NCBI GenBank assembly: GCA_964405325.1
Contig: CAYONM010000010.1
Coordinates: 12,445 to 36,444, forward strand
Source: an uncultured candidatus Brocadiaceae bacterium
GTDB taxonomy: Bacteria > Planctomycetota > UBA11346
DNA length: 24,000 nucleotides
Reading direction: 5' to 3'
A program made the position numbers and the translations under genes. The notes beneath the pieces are model-generated. The model saw only the letters and a program-made list of their open reading frames with translations. It was not told where the DNA came from and made no database searches. Positions 1 to 8,800 of the stretch are shown in pieces. Within the stretch, counting starts at the first letter, position 1, and each line of letters starts with the position of its first letter.

Positions 1-182
1 CCAATGCGTTCTTGATCCCCTTTGGTGGCAAACTCGATGCCCGCAACAAGGATGAAATAAAGGCCCGGCAATTGATGGTAGAAGGGGTGTTGGCGATCCA
101 GGCGGGTGAAAATCCCAATGTGATCAAGGAACGCCTGATGGGTTTCCTGCCGCCCAAGGATCGTCCGGTGGAGGAACGATAA
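1..182 (+). CDS. motA: Flagellar motor stator A subunit (MotA/PomA family), C-terminal fragment; the 5' end lies outside the window
   Basis: Frame 3 is open from the window edge to TAA at 180-182. My translation is ..NAFLIPFGGKLDARNKDEIKARQLMVEGVLAIQAGENPNVIKERLMGFLPPKDRPVEER. This fits the conserved last-helix/C-terminal tail pattern of MotA-type proteins (..IQAGENP..I...L..FL). The stop overlaps the ATG of the following MotB-like gene (TAATG). Confidence 0.8.
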   Translation, partial: NAFLIPFGGKLDARNKDEIKARQLMVEGVLAIQAGENPNVIKERLMGFLPPKDRPVEER

Positions 183-901
183 TGGCTGAAAAAGGCGGGC
201 CTCCTCCCACACCCAAGTGGATCGTCACCTTCACCGACCTGATGTCGCTGTTGTTGACCTTCTTTATCCTCTTGTTGACCTTTTCAACACCACGAAAGGA
301 GAAGCTGTACGAGCTGCGTGGATCGATCAAAGGCACCTTCGGTATCTTCGCCGATGCCAAGGATGATCGCGACACCTTCATCTCCCCTTCCGAGCGACGT
401 ATTGGCCGTGACCAGCGTAATCCCTTTGCGCCAGCACAACCGCCACGTTTTCGTCCTCTAGAAGTGCACGAGCCCAACGCCGTGTTGATGAAATTGAAGG
501 ACCAGAGTGGCGATGAATTGCTGGTGGACGCCATCGACGAGGGTTACCGCATCCGCATCAAGGACACCATTGTCTACGACTCGGCTGCGGAGTTGATGCA
601 TTCCAGCGGTTACGACCACCTGGACAAGATCGCCAAAGCGATCGAATTCATGCCCTACCATCTGGTGGTAGTAGGGTTTGTCGGCGGTGCCGAGGAACGC
701 CTGGTGCGCGAACGCGGTATGAATCCCATGGATCTGGCGATCCGCCGCGCGGTGCACTTGGCCGAACGCCTGATGCAGCGTCACCGTGTGCCCGGTGAGA
801 TCATTGGTGTTGCCGGCTATGGTCCGCCATCGGGCGATCAGGGTCCCGGTCGCGCCGAATTCCTACTGATCGACCGCGAACGTTTCCGACGAGGAAATTG
901 A
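182..901 (+). CDS. motB: Flagellar stator B subunit, MotB-like (paralog 1, 239 aa)
   Basis: The N-terminus KWIVTFTDLMSLLLTFFILLL is the MotB signature single TM helix with the invariant Asp (D19 here). The C-terminal half has a degenerate OmpA/MotB-like signature (NPMDLAIRRAVHLAERL ... GVAGYGP). The ATG overlaps the motA stop. Confidence 0.8.
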   Translation: MAEKGGPPPTPKWIVTFTDLMSLLLTFFILLLTFSTPRKEKLYELRGSIKGTFGIFADAKDDRDTFISPSERRIGRDQRNPFAPAQPPRFRPLEVHEPNAVLMKLKDQSGDELLVDAIDEGYRIRIKDTIVYDSAAELMHSSGYDHLDKIAKAIEFMPYHLVVVGFVGGAEERLVRERGMNPMDLAIRRAVHLAERLMQRHRVPGEIIGVAGYGPPSGDQGPGRAEFLLIDRERFRRGN

Positions 902-923
902 AGGAAAGGCGAAAGGCGCAGCG

Positions 924-1646
924 ATGCCTGAAGAAGAAGAGGATTCCGTCGGCGAAGTACCTGCCTACATGGTGAGCTTCGGCGATATGATTACCCTCCT
1001 GTTGACCTTTTTCATTCTGCTGGTCGCCCTGGCCGATACCCAGACCGCCGGTCTGGTGGGAGCAGGCCGTGGACCGCTGGTCCGTCACGTCAATGCCAAG
1101 GGGGAGCCAGGTATTTTCAAGGGGCATCTGATCGAACGGCGCATGCAGTATAAACGCGACAGCTGGTGGATTCCCGATCAGGAAGGTGACCCCGACCAAC
1201 TGGAGGTGGTGCGTGAAAAATTGCAGCGGGAATTGGTGACCAAGTTCAAGCCCGATGAAGCGTCGATCCGTTATGAAAAGGACCGTCTGGTGATGCGGCT
1301 GCCGGCAAAAATTGAATTCGATGCCCAGGGTCGACCGATGGTCTCTGATGCCATGCGTGAAGTGTTGCGCAGCATCGCCCAGATCGCCTATCGGCGCCCG
1401 AATCGCTATATCCGTATCAATGGCGAGGTCGCTCCCGGCGGTAGCCGACGAGACGAATGGTTGGCGAGTGCGCATTTGTGTGAATTGGTATATCTGAATC
1501 TGGTGTGGAACGGCATGACCGCCAAGCGGATCAGTCTCTGGGGATGGGGTGCGTCGCGCCGGATCGCCGCCGCCGCCGCCATCGATCGCGGTGTCACGAT
1601 CGAAGTTCTGGATGTGCCCGTAGAGACCGGGCCGGAATCATTCTGA
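924..1646 (+). CDS. motB: Second MotB-like stator B subunit (paralog 2, 240 aa)
   Basis: PAYMVSFGDMITLLLTFFILLVALA repeats the MotB TM/Asp signature (D21). The C-terminal OmpA-like region is more degenerate (RDEWLASAHLCELVYLNL ... ISLWGWGAS). A purine-rich AAGGAAAGG lies upstream of ATG 924. The DNA differs from motB paralog 1 at synonymous positions, so this is not a recent duplication. Confidence 0.7.
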   Translation: MPEEEEDSVGEVPAYMVSFGDMITLLLTFFILLVALADTQTAGLVGAGRGPLVRHVNAKGEPGIFKGHLIERRMQYKRDSWWIPDQEGDPDQLEVVREKLQRELVTKFKPDEASIRYEKDRLVMRLPAKIEFDAQGRPMVSDAMREVLRSIAQIAYRRPNRYIRINGEVAPGGSRRDEWLASAHLCELVYLNLVWNGMTAKRISLWGWGASRRIAAAAAIDRGVTIEVLDVPVETGPESF

Positions 1647-1662
1647 AGGTAAGGAGGGCAAC

Positions 1663-2232
1663 ATGGCCGAAGAAGATAACGATGCTGTCGCTGAGGGCAC
1701 GGAGCCAGCTGCGGCCAAAGGGAAACAAACGGGTGGTGGCGGCATGGCTGGCCCCATTGCGGCCTTGGCGCTGACCCTGGTGATCGGTGTCGGCCTGGGC
1801 ATGCTGATTCTACGGCTGCTCAGCCCACCCAGCGAGGAAGCCGAAGCGCAACAGGAAGAGCAACAGCACGTACAGGCCGAAGACGAGCTCGATCTCATCA
1901 GTACGACCGAAATCCTGTTTGCTGATGTCATCGCCAACCTCAAAGGTGAGGTGGGTCGCTATGTCAAAGTCACCGTCGGTGTCTGGTTCGACAAGAACGA
2001 TCCCGATTTTCCGAAGATCATGGACGAGCGGGTGCGCCGCATCTTGCAGGAACAGATGATCGAGGAATTACGCTCATACGATCAGAAGCAGCTGGCCGAT
2101 GAGTTCGTACTGGAGCAGATCCGCAAAGGCTTCTCCGATCGCATGGATCGGGAATTGCGTCGTATCCTGCATACGGGTTCTGAAAAGACCTATGTCCGAA
2201 AAATCGTCATGTCCGACCTGATCCTACAGTAG
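1663..2232 (+). CDS. fliL: Flagellar basal-body-associated protein FliL (189 aa)
   Basis: Strong SD AAGGAGG at 1651-1657. One N-terminal TM helix (IAALALTLVIGVGLGMLILRLL). This is followed by the FliL core pattern ILFADVIANLKGEVGRYVKVTVGVWFDKND. Its position between motB and fliM is typical. Confidence 0.8.
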   Translation: MAEEDNDAVAEGTEPAAAKGKQTGGGGMAGPIAALALTLVIGVGLGMLILRLLSPPSEEAEAQQEEQQHVQAEDELDLISTTEILFADVIANLKGEVGRYVKVTVGVWFDKNDPDFPKIMDERVRRILQEQMIEELRSYDQKQLADEFVLEQIRKGFSDRMDRELRRILHTGSEKTYVRKIVMSDLILQ

Positions 2233-2241
2233 AGCGTACCC

Positions 2242-3246
2242 ATGGCCGACGACATTCTCAGTGCAGACGAACTCGAGGCCCTCCTCGCTACGGTGGAAGA
2301 CGAGGGCCAGGGGAAGCGCTATCGCGAGAAGCGGGTCCAGGAATATGACTTTGTCCGGCCGAATAAACTTTCCGGGGATCAGGTCCGCAGTCTGCAGCAC
2401 ATGCACGAGACCATCGCTCAGAATCTGACCATGGCCTTGTCGCCGTATCTTCGGGTCAATCTGGAAGTCAACCTGATCAGCCTCGGGCAATTGACCTTCG
2501 AGGTGTTTCGGAATTCCCTTTCCAACCCGACCGTGATCAACGTGTTGAACATGGCGCCTCTGGAGGAGCGCTCGTTGGTCACCATCGATATGAAACTCGC
2601 GTTCAGTCTGATTGATCGCATGCTTGGCGGTGCCGGTAAAAGCCTGGAAAGTATGCGGCCGCTGACCCTGATCGAGCAAAGCCTATTGGACAACGTGGTG
2701 CAGCGTTTCCTCGATCGGCTGCGCGAAGGCTGGGAGCAGTTGGCGCGTTTCACCGCCGAGGTCGAATCGCGGGAAATGGATCCGCAATTCATCCAGGTGA
2801 TTCCTTCTTCGGAAATGGTGATGGTGGTCACCTTCAGTGTTCAGGCACCTGGCGAATTGGAGGCGGGCGAGATCTGTTTTTGCGTCCCCTTCATCAGCCT
2901 GGATCCGATTCTCGGCCGTTTGGGTGATAGCTTCCAATTCGCCAGCGCCCAGCGGGTCCAGACCGAACCACAGCGGCAGCACCTGCATCACGTAGTCGAG
3001 GAGACAACGCTTCCCCTGGTGGTGCAGCTGGGTACCAGCACATTGACGATTGGTGAGGTGTTGGAATTGCAGGAGGGTGATGTACTGGTCTTGGATCAAC
3101 GGCACGACGAGGCCTTGCAGGGTAAGGTGCTTGATCGCCGCAAGTTGACCGGTCGACCGGGTCGGGTCGGCAAGAAATTGGGTTTGCTGGTGGAGGGGGT
3201 CCTCCCCAGCGGACCGCCTTTCATGGATATGGAAAAGAGGAGCTAG
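2242..3246 (+). CDS. fliM: Flagellar motor switch protein FliM (334 aa)
   Basis: N-terminal CheY-P binding peptide LSADELEALL. This is followed by YDFVRPNKLSGDQVRSLQHMHETIAQNLTMALSPYLRV, and a C-terminal SpoA-like segment LPLVVQLGTSTLTIGEVLELQEGDVLVLD. Confidence 0.9.
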   Translation: MADDILSADELEALLATVEDEGQGKRYREKRVQEYDFVRPNKLSGDQVRSLQHMHETIAQNLTMALSPYLRVNLEVNLISLGQLTFEVFRNSLSNPTVINVLNMAPLEERSLVTIDMKLAFSLIDRMLGGAGKSLESMRPLTLIEQSLLDNVVQRFLDRLREGWEQLARFTAEVESREMDPQFIQVIPSSEMVMVVTFSVQAPGELEAGEICFCVPFISLDPILGRLGDSFQFASAQRVQTEPQRQHLHHVVEETTLPLVVQLGTSTLTIGEVLELQEGDVLVLDQRHDEALQGKVLDRRKLTGRPGRVGKKLGLLVEGVLPSGPPFMDMEKRS

Positions 3247-3249
3247 GAC

Positions 3250-3642
3250 ATGGCCGACGACGACGAGAACAACAGCGAAACCGGCTCAGAAGAGGTTCAG
3301 GCCGCCGATTTTCCCGATCTGGCCGGCAGCGGCGATACCGAGGACAGCACCCCCAACCTGGACATGGTCCGCGATATCAAGGTGGTTCTCACCGTAGAAC
3401 TGGGCCGCACTGACATGTTGATCCAGGAAATACTTGAGCTGACACCCGGCAAGGTGATCGAGTTGGAGAAACTTGCTGGTGAACCTTTGGATATCCTGGT
3501 GAATGATAAATTACTCGCTCGCGGCGAGGTGGTGGTGGTCGACGAAAATTTTGGCGTCCGCATCACCAGCATCATGGACCCGCGCAGTCGTGTCCAGGTG
3601 ATGGGACCGGGCAACGAGAATCCACCGCCGATGGTGTCGTGA
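3250..3642 (+). CDS. fliN: Flagellar motor switch protein FliN (130 aa)
   Basis: SD GAGGAG at 3236-3241. SpoA/FliN core DIKVVLTVELGRTDMLIQEILELTPGKVIELEKLAGEPLDILVNDKLLARGEVVVVDENFGVRITSI, preceded by an acidic N-terminal tail. Confidence 0.9.
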   Translation: MADDDENNSETGSEEVQAADFPDLAGSGDTEDSTPNLDMVRDIKVVLTVELGRTDMLIQEILELTPGKVIELEKLAGEPLDILVNDKLLARGEVVVVDENFGVRITSIMDPRSRVQVMGPGNENPPPMVS

Positions 3643-3664
3643 GCTCTCGGATCGTTCCGGGCGC

Positions 3665-5365
3665 CTATTCCTCCGTGTCCAGCCCGTGCACGGTCTTCTC
3701 CCAGTAATGCGGTCGCCGGATCAGCTGCCAGGCGCCTTTCCAGGCGGCTAGGCTCATCAGCAACCAGTAGACCGGCAGGGCCAGCACGGTGCGGATGGAG
3801 TCGAAGTGTTGCTGGGGGTGGCGACCACAGAGTACATGCAGGATGGCGAAAAGGAGGTTGGACAACAAGAGGGTGATGCTGGCCAGGCTGAGGGTGATGC
3901 TGGCCAGGCTCCACCAGGCATTTTCGCCGACGCCGATGTACAGTATTGGCCAACTCCAGCGGTCGATGGCCCAGGGCCGGGTACTCAGGCATTCCCACAG
4001 GCCGTAACCCAGAGTGATATCGTGACCCAAGGCCATGAGATAATAAGCCAGAATCAGCCACAACAGTGGGTTGAGCAGCAACAAAACCGGTGTGCTGGCG
4101 ACCACGATGCTGAACCAGGCGGTGCCTAGCAGGCCCAGGCGACGCAGCAGCAGCAGTGGCTGTCGGTACCAGACCAGGGCGGTTTGCAGATAACCCTTCA
4201 GCCAACGGCTGCGCTGGCGCAGCCAATTACCGATCTGGCTGTTGGCTTCCTCCCAGGTGGTACTGTCCAGCAGGCCGACACGATGACCGGCCAGGGCCAG
4301 GCGCAGGCCCAGATCGCAGTCTTCAGTCACGTTGAAGGGATCCCAGCCGCCGCAGGCGCGCAGCGGCAGGGACCGAAAATGATTGCTGGTGCCGCCCAGT
4401 GGGATGGGCGCGCGCAAGCGACAGAGGCCGGCCAAGTACCAGCCGAACCAGCCATTATATTCTTGGCTGAAAAGTTGGGTCAGCAGATTTTGCCGTGGAT
4501 TGCGGAAAGCCAGACGCGCCTGCAGGCACACAACCTGTTCGGATTCCTGGCGAAAGGCGTGCACCGCTTTGCGCAGCTGATCGGGCTCGGGACGGTCCTC
4601 GGCGTCGTAGATCACCAGGAATTCGCCGCGTGCCCGGTGTAGGCCGTGGTTGCAGGCGCGTGGTTTGGTGGTGGGCGGTGCAGGTGGCGTGATCAGCACT
4701 TCCCAGCCGGCGGGTAGGTTCATGGCGGCCAGGGCCTGTCGGGTTTCGGAATCGTCGGCTTCGAGCAAAAGTTTGACATCCAGCTTGTCGTATGGGTAAT
4801 CAAGGGCTTGCAGTGCGGCCACGGTCTGGTGGATGATGGCCGCTTCGCGGTAGACCGGTACCAGCACGGTGTAGGTGGGCCAGTCGGTTTCCTCACCAGG
4901 CAGACGGTGGACGTGTATGCTGCCGGCACGCAGCACCGCCAGCAGGCGGCCGAGCACTACCAGCAGGTACGCCATGCAGATCGTAGCGGTGATGAGGCTG
5001 GCGCTGATCAGATAATCATAGGCGGTCAGGTAGCAAAGTGCCGCCACGGCGCCGCCAAGGAACCATTCGAGGCGGATGCCGCGCAGCAATACACCGAACG
5101 CTCCGGCCAGGGCCATGCCGATGAAAACCGGTCGGGCTTGGGCCAGCCAGGTCTGCAGCCAGAGCGGGAGATGGGGATCCGGTTCGGCTGGCAGCTCGAC
5201 CATCAGGCGATGGCAGACCGCGCCCGTAATCAGGCAGACAAACCAGGCAAGGGGTATCCACAGCGGCCGCAGCACCACTCGGCTGCAACGGCGAGCGTGT
5301 TGGCGCTGATAAGCGGTGACCAATGGATCGCGACCCTGTTCGTCGGGTGGCAGTTCGACGATCAT
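3665..5365 (-). CDS. Integral-membrane family-2 glycosyltransferase of the processive synthase type (566 aa from ATG 5365)
   Basis: The ORF track starts at TTG 5377. The first ATG (5365-5363) forms an ATGA overlap with the tsaE stop (5364-5362), so I call 5365. Several hydrophobic helices lie N-terminal. The GT-A core carries VLVPVYRE, LLEADDSET, VIYDAEDRP, GGTSNHFR, VTEDCDLGLRL (TED) and QRSRWLKGY (QxxRW). More hydrophobic helices follow. This motif set is the hallmark of BcsA/PgaC/Alg8/HAS/NodC-like processive beta-glycan synthases. Confidence 0.85.
   Translation of the reverse strand: MIVELPPDEQGRDPLVTAYQRQHARRCSRVVLRPLWIPLAWFVCLITGAVCHRLMVELPAEPDPHLPLWLQTWLAQARPVFIGMALAGAFGVLLRGIRLEWFLGGAVAALCYLTAYDYLISASLITATICMAYLLVVLGRLLAVLRAGSIHVHRLPGEETDWPTYTVLVPVYREAAIIHQTVAALQALDYPYDKLDVKLLLEADDSETRQALAAMNLPAGWEVLITPPAPPTTKPRACNHGLHRARGEFLVIYDAEDRPEPDQLRKAVHAFRQESEQVVCLQARLAFRNPRQNLLTQLFSQEYNGWFGWYLAGLCRLRAPIPLGGTSNHFRSLPLRACGGWDPFNVTEDCDLGLRLALAGHRVGLLDSTTWEEANSQIGNWLRQRSRWLKGYLQTALVWYRQPLLLLRRLGLLGTAWFSIVVASTPVLLLLNPLLWLILAYYLMALGHDITLGYGLWECLSTRPWAIDRWSWPILYIGVGENAWWSLASITLSLASITLLLSNLLFAILHVLCGRHPQQHFDSIRTVLALPVYWLLMSLAAWKGAWQLIRRPHYWEKTVHGLDTEE
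3869..3910. repeat. Perfect 21-bp direct tandem duplication (2 copies) inside the GT2 gene
   Basis: GAGGGTGATGCTGGCCAGGCT occurs at 3869-3889 and again at 3890-3910, identical. On the coding (-) strand each unit reads AGC CTG GCC AGC ATC ACC CTC = SLASITL, giving ..WWSLASITLSLASITLLLSNLLF.. in a predicted C-terminal TM helix. Confidence 0.95.
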
Positions 5366-5811
5366 GCCGGGGTCCAATCACGGTCGGCCGGGATCTGGAT
5401 GTCTGCCAGTCGGCCCGGTTGCTGATGGTGTAGCGACACCGACCATAGTACTGGTACTTCATGGACCAGGTCGGCTATGCGCGCTGCCCATTCGACGCAG
5501 GCGATGCTGTCGTCCAGCAATTCGAAAAAACCCAGTCCGCACAGGTCGCTCAGACCGTGCAGGCGATAGGCGTCCACGTGCACGATCGGCGGGTTGGCCT
5601 GGTAGTGATGCAATAGCGTGAAGGTGGGACTGGCCACCGCTGCGGGATCGCCGCCGCGGGCTTGGACCAGGCCGCGCACCAAGCTGGTCTTGCCGGCCCC
5701 CAGCGGACCATCAAGCGCGAGGGTGTCGCCGATATGCAAAACCGCCGCCAACTGGGCACCAAGGGCCTGGGTGGCGGCGGGATCGGGAAGCGAGACGTGA
5801 TGCACGGGCAT
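5362..5811 (-). CDS. tsaE: tRNA threonylcarbamoyladenosine (t6A) biosynthesis ATPase TsaE/YjeE (149 aa)
   Basis: Walker A in LALDGPLGAGKTSLVRGL, then SPTFTLLHHY, HVDAYRL and IACVEWA. This is the full TsaE motif series in the canonical order and spacing. The ATG at 5811-5809 was verified. Confidence 0.9.
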   Translation of the reverse strand: MPVHHVSLPDPAATQALGAQLAAVLHIGDTLALDGPLGAGKTSLVRGLVQARGGDPAAVASPTFTLLHHYQANPPIVHVDAYRLHGLSDLCGLGFFELLDDSIACVEWAARIADLVHEVPVLWSVSLHHQQPGRLADIQIPADRDWTPA

Positions 5812-5831
5812 GGGCCCATGATGAAGCCCGG

Positions 5832-8800
5832 TCAGGGGGCGTACAGTCGCACGATGCCGTCAGCTGACGACAGCACCAACAGTTCACCCAATTGACAGGG
5901 GGCGAGCATGTCTTGATCGGAGTTGATGGTGAAGGGACGCGGCCCCATGACGGTGGCGGTTTTGCCGTGCACCAGCACCGCATGGCCTTGCCAGGCCATG
6001 GGGGCTTCGGTCAGGCGCTGCCGCATCGGGGCGATTTCTTTCCAGCTGCTATCATCCTGCTGCAGGAAGATGCGGTTCTCGTTGGACAGGAAGACACCAG
6101 GACCGCCGCGTTTGACCACTGCCGGCAGGCCGCTGGTCTGGAAGCGTCCATCGGAGAAGGTCCAGGCTCCGGTCATGGTATAACCGCCGACGCCGTTTGC
6201 GGTGGGCCAGGCGGCCGGCACCACATCGCCAATATCGGTGCTCTCCAGGAGGTTGCCGTTGTCCGGATCGAATTGCAGCAGGGTGCCTTCTGCCAGCACC
6301 ACCAATAGCCGTTCGTCGCGGATCACCGGATTGCTCATCACCTTCGATTGGCAGGACTGCTCCCAGACCGGCAGGCCAGTAGCGGTTTCCACGGCGCGGA
6401 TGGTGTTGTCGAGATCGGCGATGATATACAGCCGGCGGTCGACGATCAGATCGGATTCGAAGACCACGACCGCGTAGTTGGTTTGACCAGAAATCCCACC
6501 TCGTTCTACCGCGCTGGTTTTCGGGTCGATTTCCAGCACGAAGTTGTCGCGCGTGGTGACATAGACATGGTCGCCATAGCGGGCGGCCGGGGCGTAGATC
6601 GGGTTGTCCAAGGCCTGTACCGCCAGGGCGGCATCGTTGTTACCGCTCCAGTAGCGATTGATCTCAGCCTGTGGATCGATGGCGAACACGCCACGGCCAC
6701 CAGCGACCCAGACCCGTCCGTCGATCACTGCCGGACGCGAGGAGATGATCTGTTTGCAATCAGCCTTGCCGACAGCGACCCGTTTCAGGTTAACCGCGAT
6801 CTGCCAGCCGGAACGGGCGTTGATTGCAGGGACCGCCACGCTCTGGTAGCCATCGAGTTGGAATTGATAGACGGTTTCGGCACGATCATCAGCTGCCAGT
6901 CGTTCGATCAGCATCGGTGTGGTGCCGATGACCGCATCCTCGACGCTGATGGTCGCCTTGGCCGGGGTGGTGCTGAGGAAGAGTGGCAATTGTTCCAGGT
7001 TGAGTTTTTCCGCCAGGGTGCGCACGGCGACGATATCACCAGCAGCCATGGCCTCGTGCATGCGTTCGACATCGGCTAGCTGCTCCGCAACCAGCCGATC
7101 GGCGCTGGCGATCTCCTTGGTGGCGATCTCGGCTGCTTCGGTGCGTTGCCACATCAGTTGGTCGATCACCGTCTGATACTGGGCCTTGGCGGCCTGGGCG
7201 CGGCGTTGTCGCATCAGTTCCCGGGCGCTTTCCAGGGCTTCCATCGCCTGCTGTTGCAGCACTTGCAGATTCTTCTGCCGTTCCTGGAGCACCATCTGCG
7301 CGGTCTTGTCAAGATTCGGTTGCTGCAGCAGGCCAGCGATTTGAATCAGCTCCTCTTGCAAGGTCATGTTGTCGATGGCTTCTTGCAGCTGACCGCACCA
7401 GTTGAGCAGCTGCTCGAACTCGCTGCTTTCAGCGATGGCTGGATAGTCGGCCATGACCTGTTTCAAGGATTGCTGCGCCCGTTGTAGATCGTTGCCACGA
7501 ACGTCACTGGCGATGGCTTTCTGGACCGCGGTGCGTGCGCTGTCGATATCACGTCGGCTCTTGACCAACTGTTGCCGCAGGCGTCGCAGGGCCAGGCCGA
7601 TCTCCGAATCTTCGCCCTCCAACTGCAGGCCTTGGCTGAGGCCTTCGGCCTGATCCACCAGACCGCGGGTCGCCATGTCCAGGGCATTGGCCAGACGCTT
7701 CTTGATGCTTTCCTGTTGTTGCAGCAGGTCGTTGCGCATACCGGTCAAGGTGCGCTGCTGCTCCTCGTTGGGACCGGATTTCAAGATTTGTTCGATCAGT
7801 CGCAACCGGGCATTGGTGCTCATGCCTTCCAGACCGCTGAGTTCTTCGATCCGCCGTTGCCGCCATTCGTCCAGGCGCTTCTGCAGAGGTTCGCGCAGCA
7901 GTGACAGTTTAACAGATTCAACCAGACCCAGGGCGGTATCGGCTTGATTGCTGTTGAGCAGTTTGCCGACCTTGTCCTGCAAGTCGCTCAACTGTTGCTG
8001 GACATTGGCCCGTGCCGTGTTGTAGGCACTGCGGAGGCTGTCGAGTTTTTGGACCAGCTGCGGCTGCCAGATCAGCGAGTCGGGGGGGATGACGGTCGGA
8101 TAGGACTGCAGCCGCAGCTCGGTCTTGTTCAGTTCTCTGTTGGCGACCAGTTTTTCGAGCTGTTCCAGTTTTTGGGTGATCTGGACCCGCTTATCGGCGC
8201 AGACCTGTTCCAGTTTGGCGGAGAGGGCGATGTCCTGGCCAGCCAGGTCCATGGCCTCCGATACGTGTTTTTCAGCTTCCTGCCATTGGTGCGACACGAT
8301 GGCCCCGTCCAGTTGGGTGCTGAGGGCGTCGACTGCCACCGAGGTTTGCTGGGCCCGCACCACCACGAAGGCGAGGAAGCCGATGGAGACCAGGACGATC
8401 AGCAGCACCGACCAGACCAGCAGGCGATTATCGCCGACCGGGCGCAGGGTGGAATTGCTGTAGACTTGGAAGTCGTCCATCGCTGCCGGGCTGCCGGCGG
8501 CGGGTTGCGGGGTCATGTTGCCGGAGGCAGGAATGGTGACGGGCGCAGCGGCGGCCGCTGGACTGGGTGCCGGCGCTTCGTCCACCGGCTCCTCTTCGTA
8601 CACTGGTGGTTGTTCTGACACCAGGCCATGATCGCGCAGGCTTTTCAGATAGCAGGCGATATTGATCGTGCTTTCGCGCAGGGAGCTGGCGATGTCGCGT
8701 ACATTTTTGGCACCATCCACCATCATTAAGACGTGCTGTTCCATCTCGTTGATGCTGGTGCGGGCCGGGTCGACGTGGGTCCGGTAGTAGACCCGATTGA

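Noticed and set aside
801-1475. 224-aa minus-strand ORF over motB paralog 2, and similar shadow ORFs (458-784, 2224-2679, 2683-3105, 6348-7079, 7944-8618, 12124-12780, 20388-21179)
   Set aside because: All lie antisense to or out of frame with genes that have clear family motifs, and none has its own motif or ribosome-binding site.
3682-3691. Palindromic 10-mer CCGTGCACGG near the convergent gene junction
   Set aside because: It is inside the GT2 coding sequence, too short, and has no loop or T-tract. It is not a terminator.
3297-4226. 309-aa minus-strand ORF bridging the fliN and GT2 gene ends
   Set aside because: It is out of frame with the GT2 and antisense to fliN, and it is Pro/Arg/Ala-rich. 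It would require ignoring two well-supported genes.
5366-5377. TTG start (5377) for the GT2 gene as given in the ORF track
   Set aside because: ATG 5365 gives the classic ATGA overlap with the tsaE stop. The TTG would add only 4 residues and overlap tsaE by 16 nt. This is not excluded, but it is less likely.
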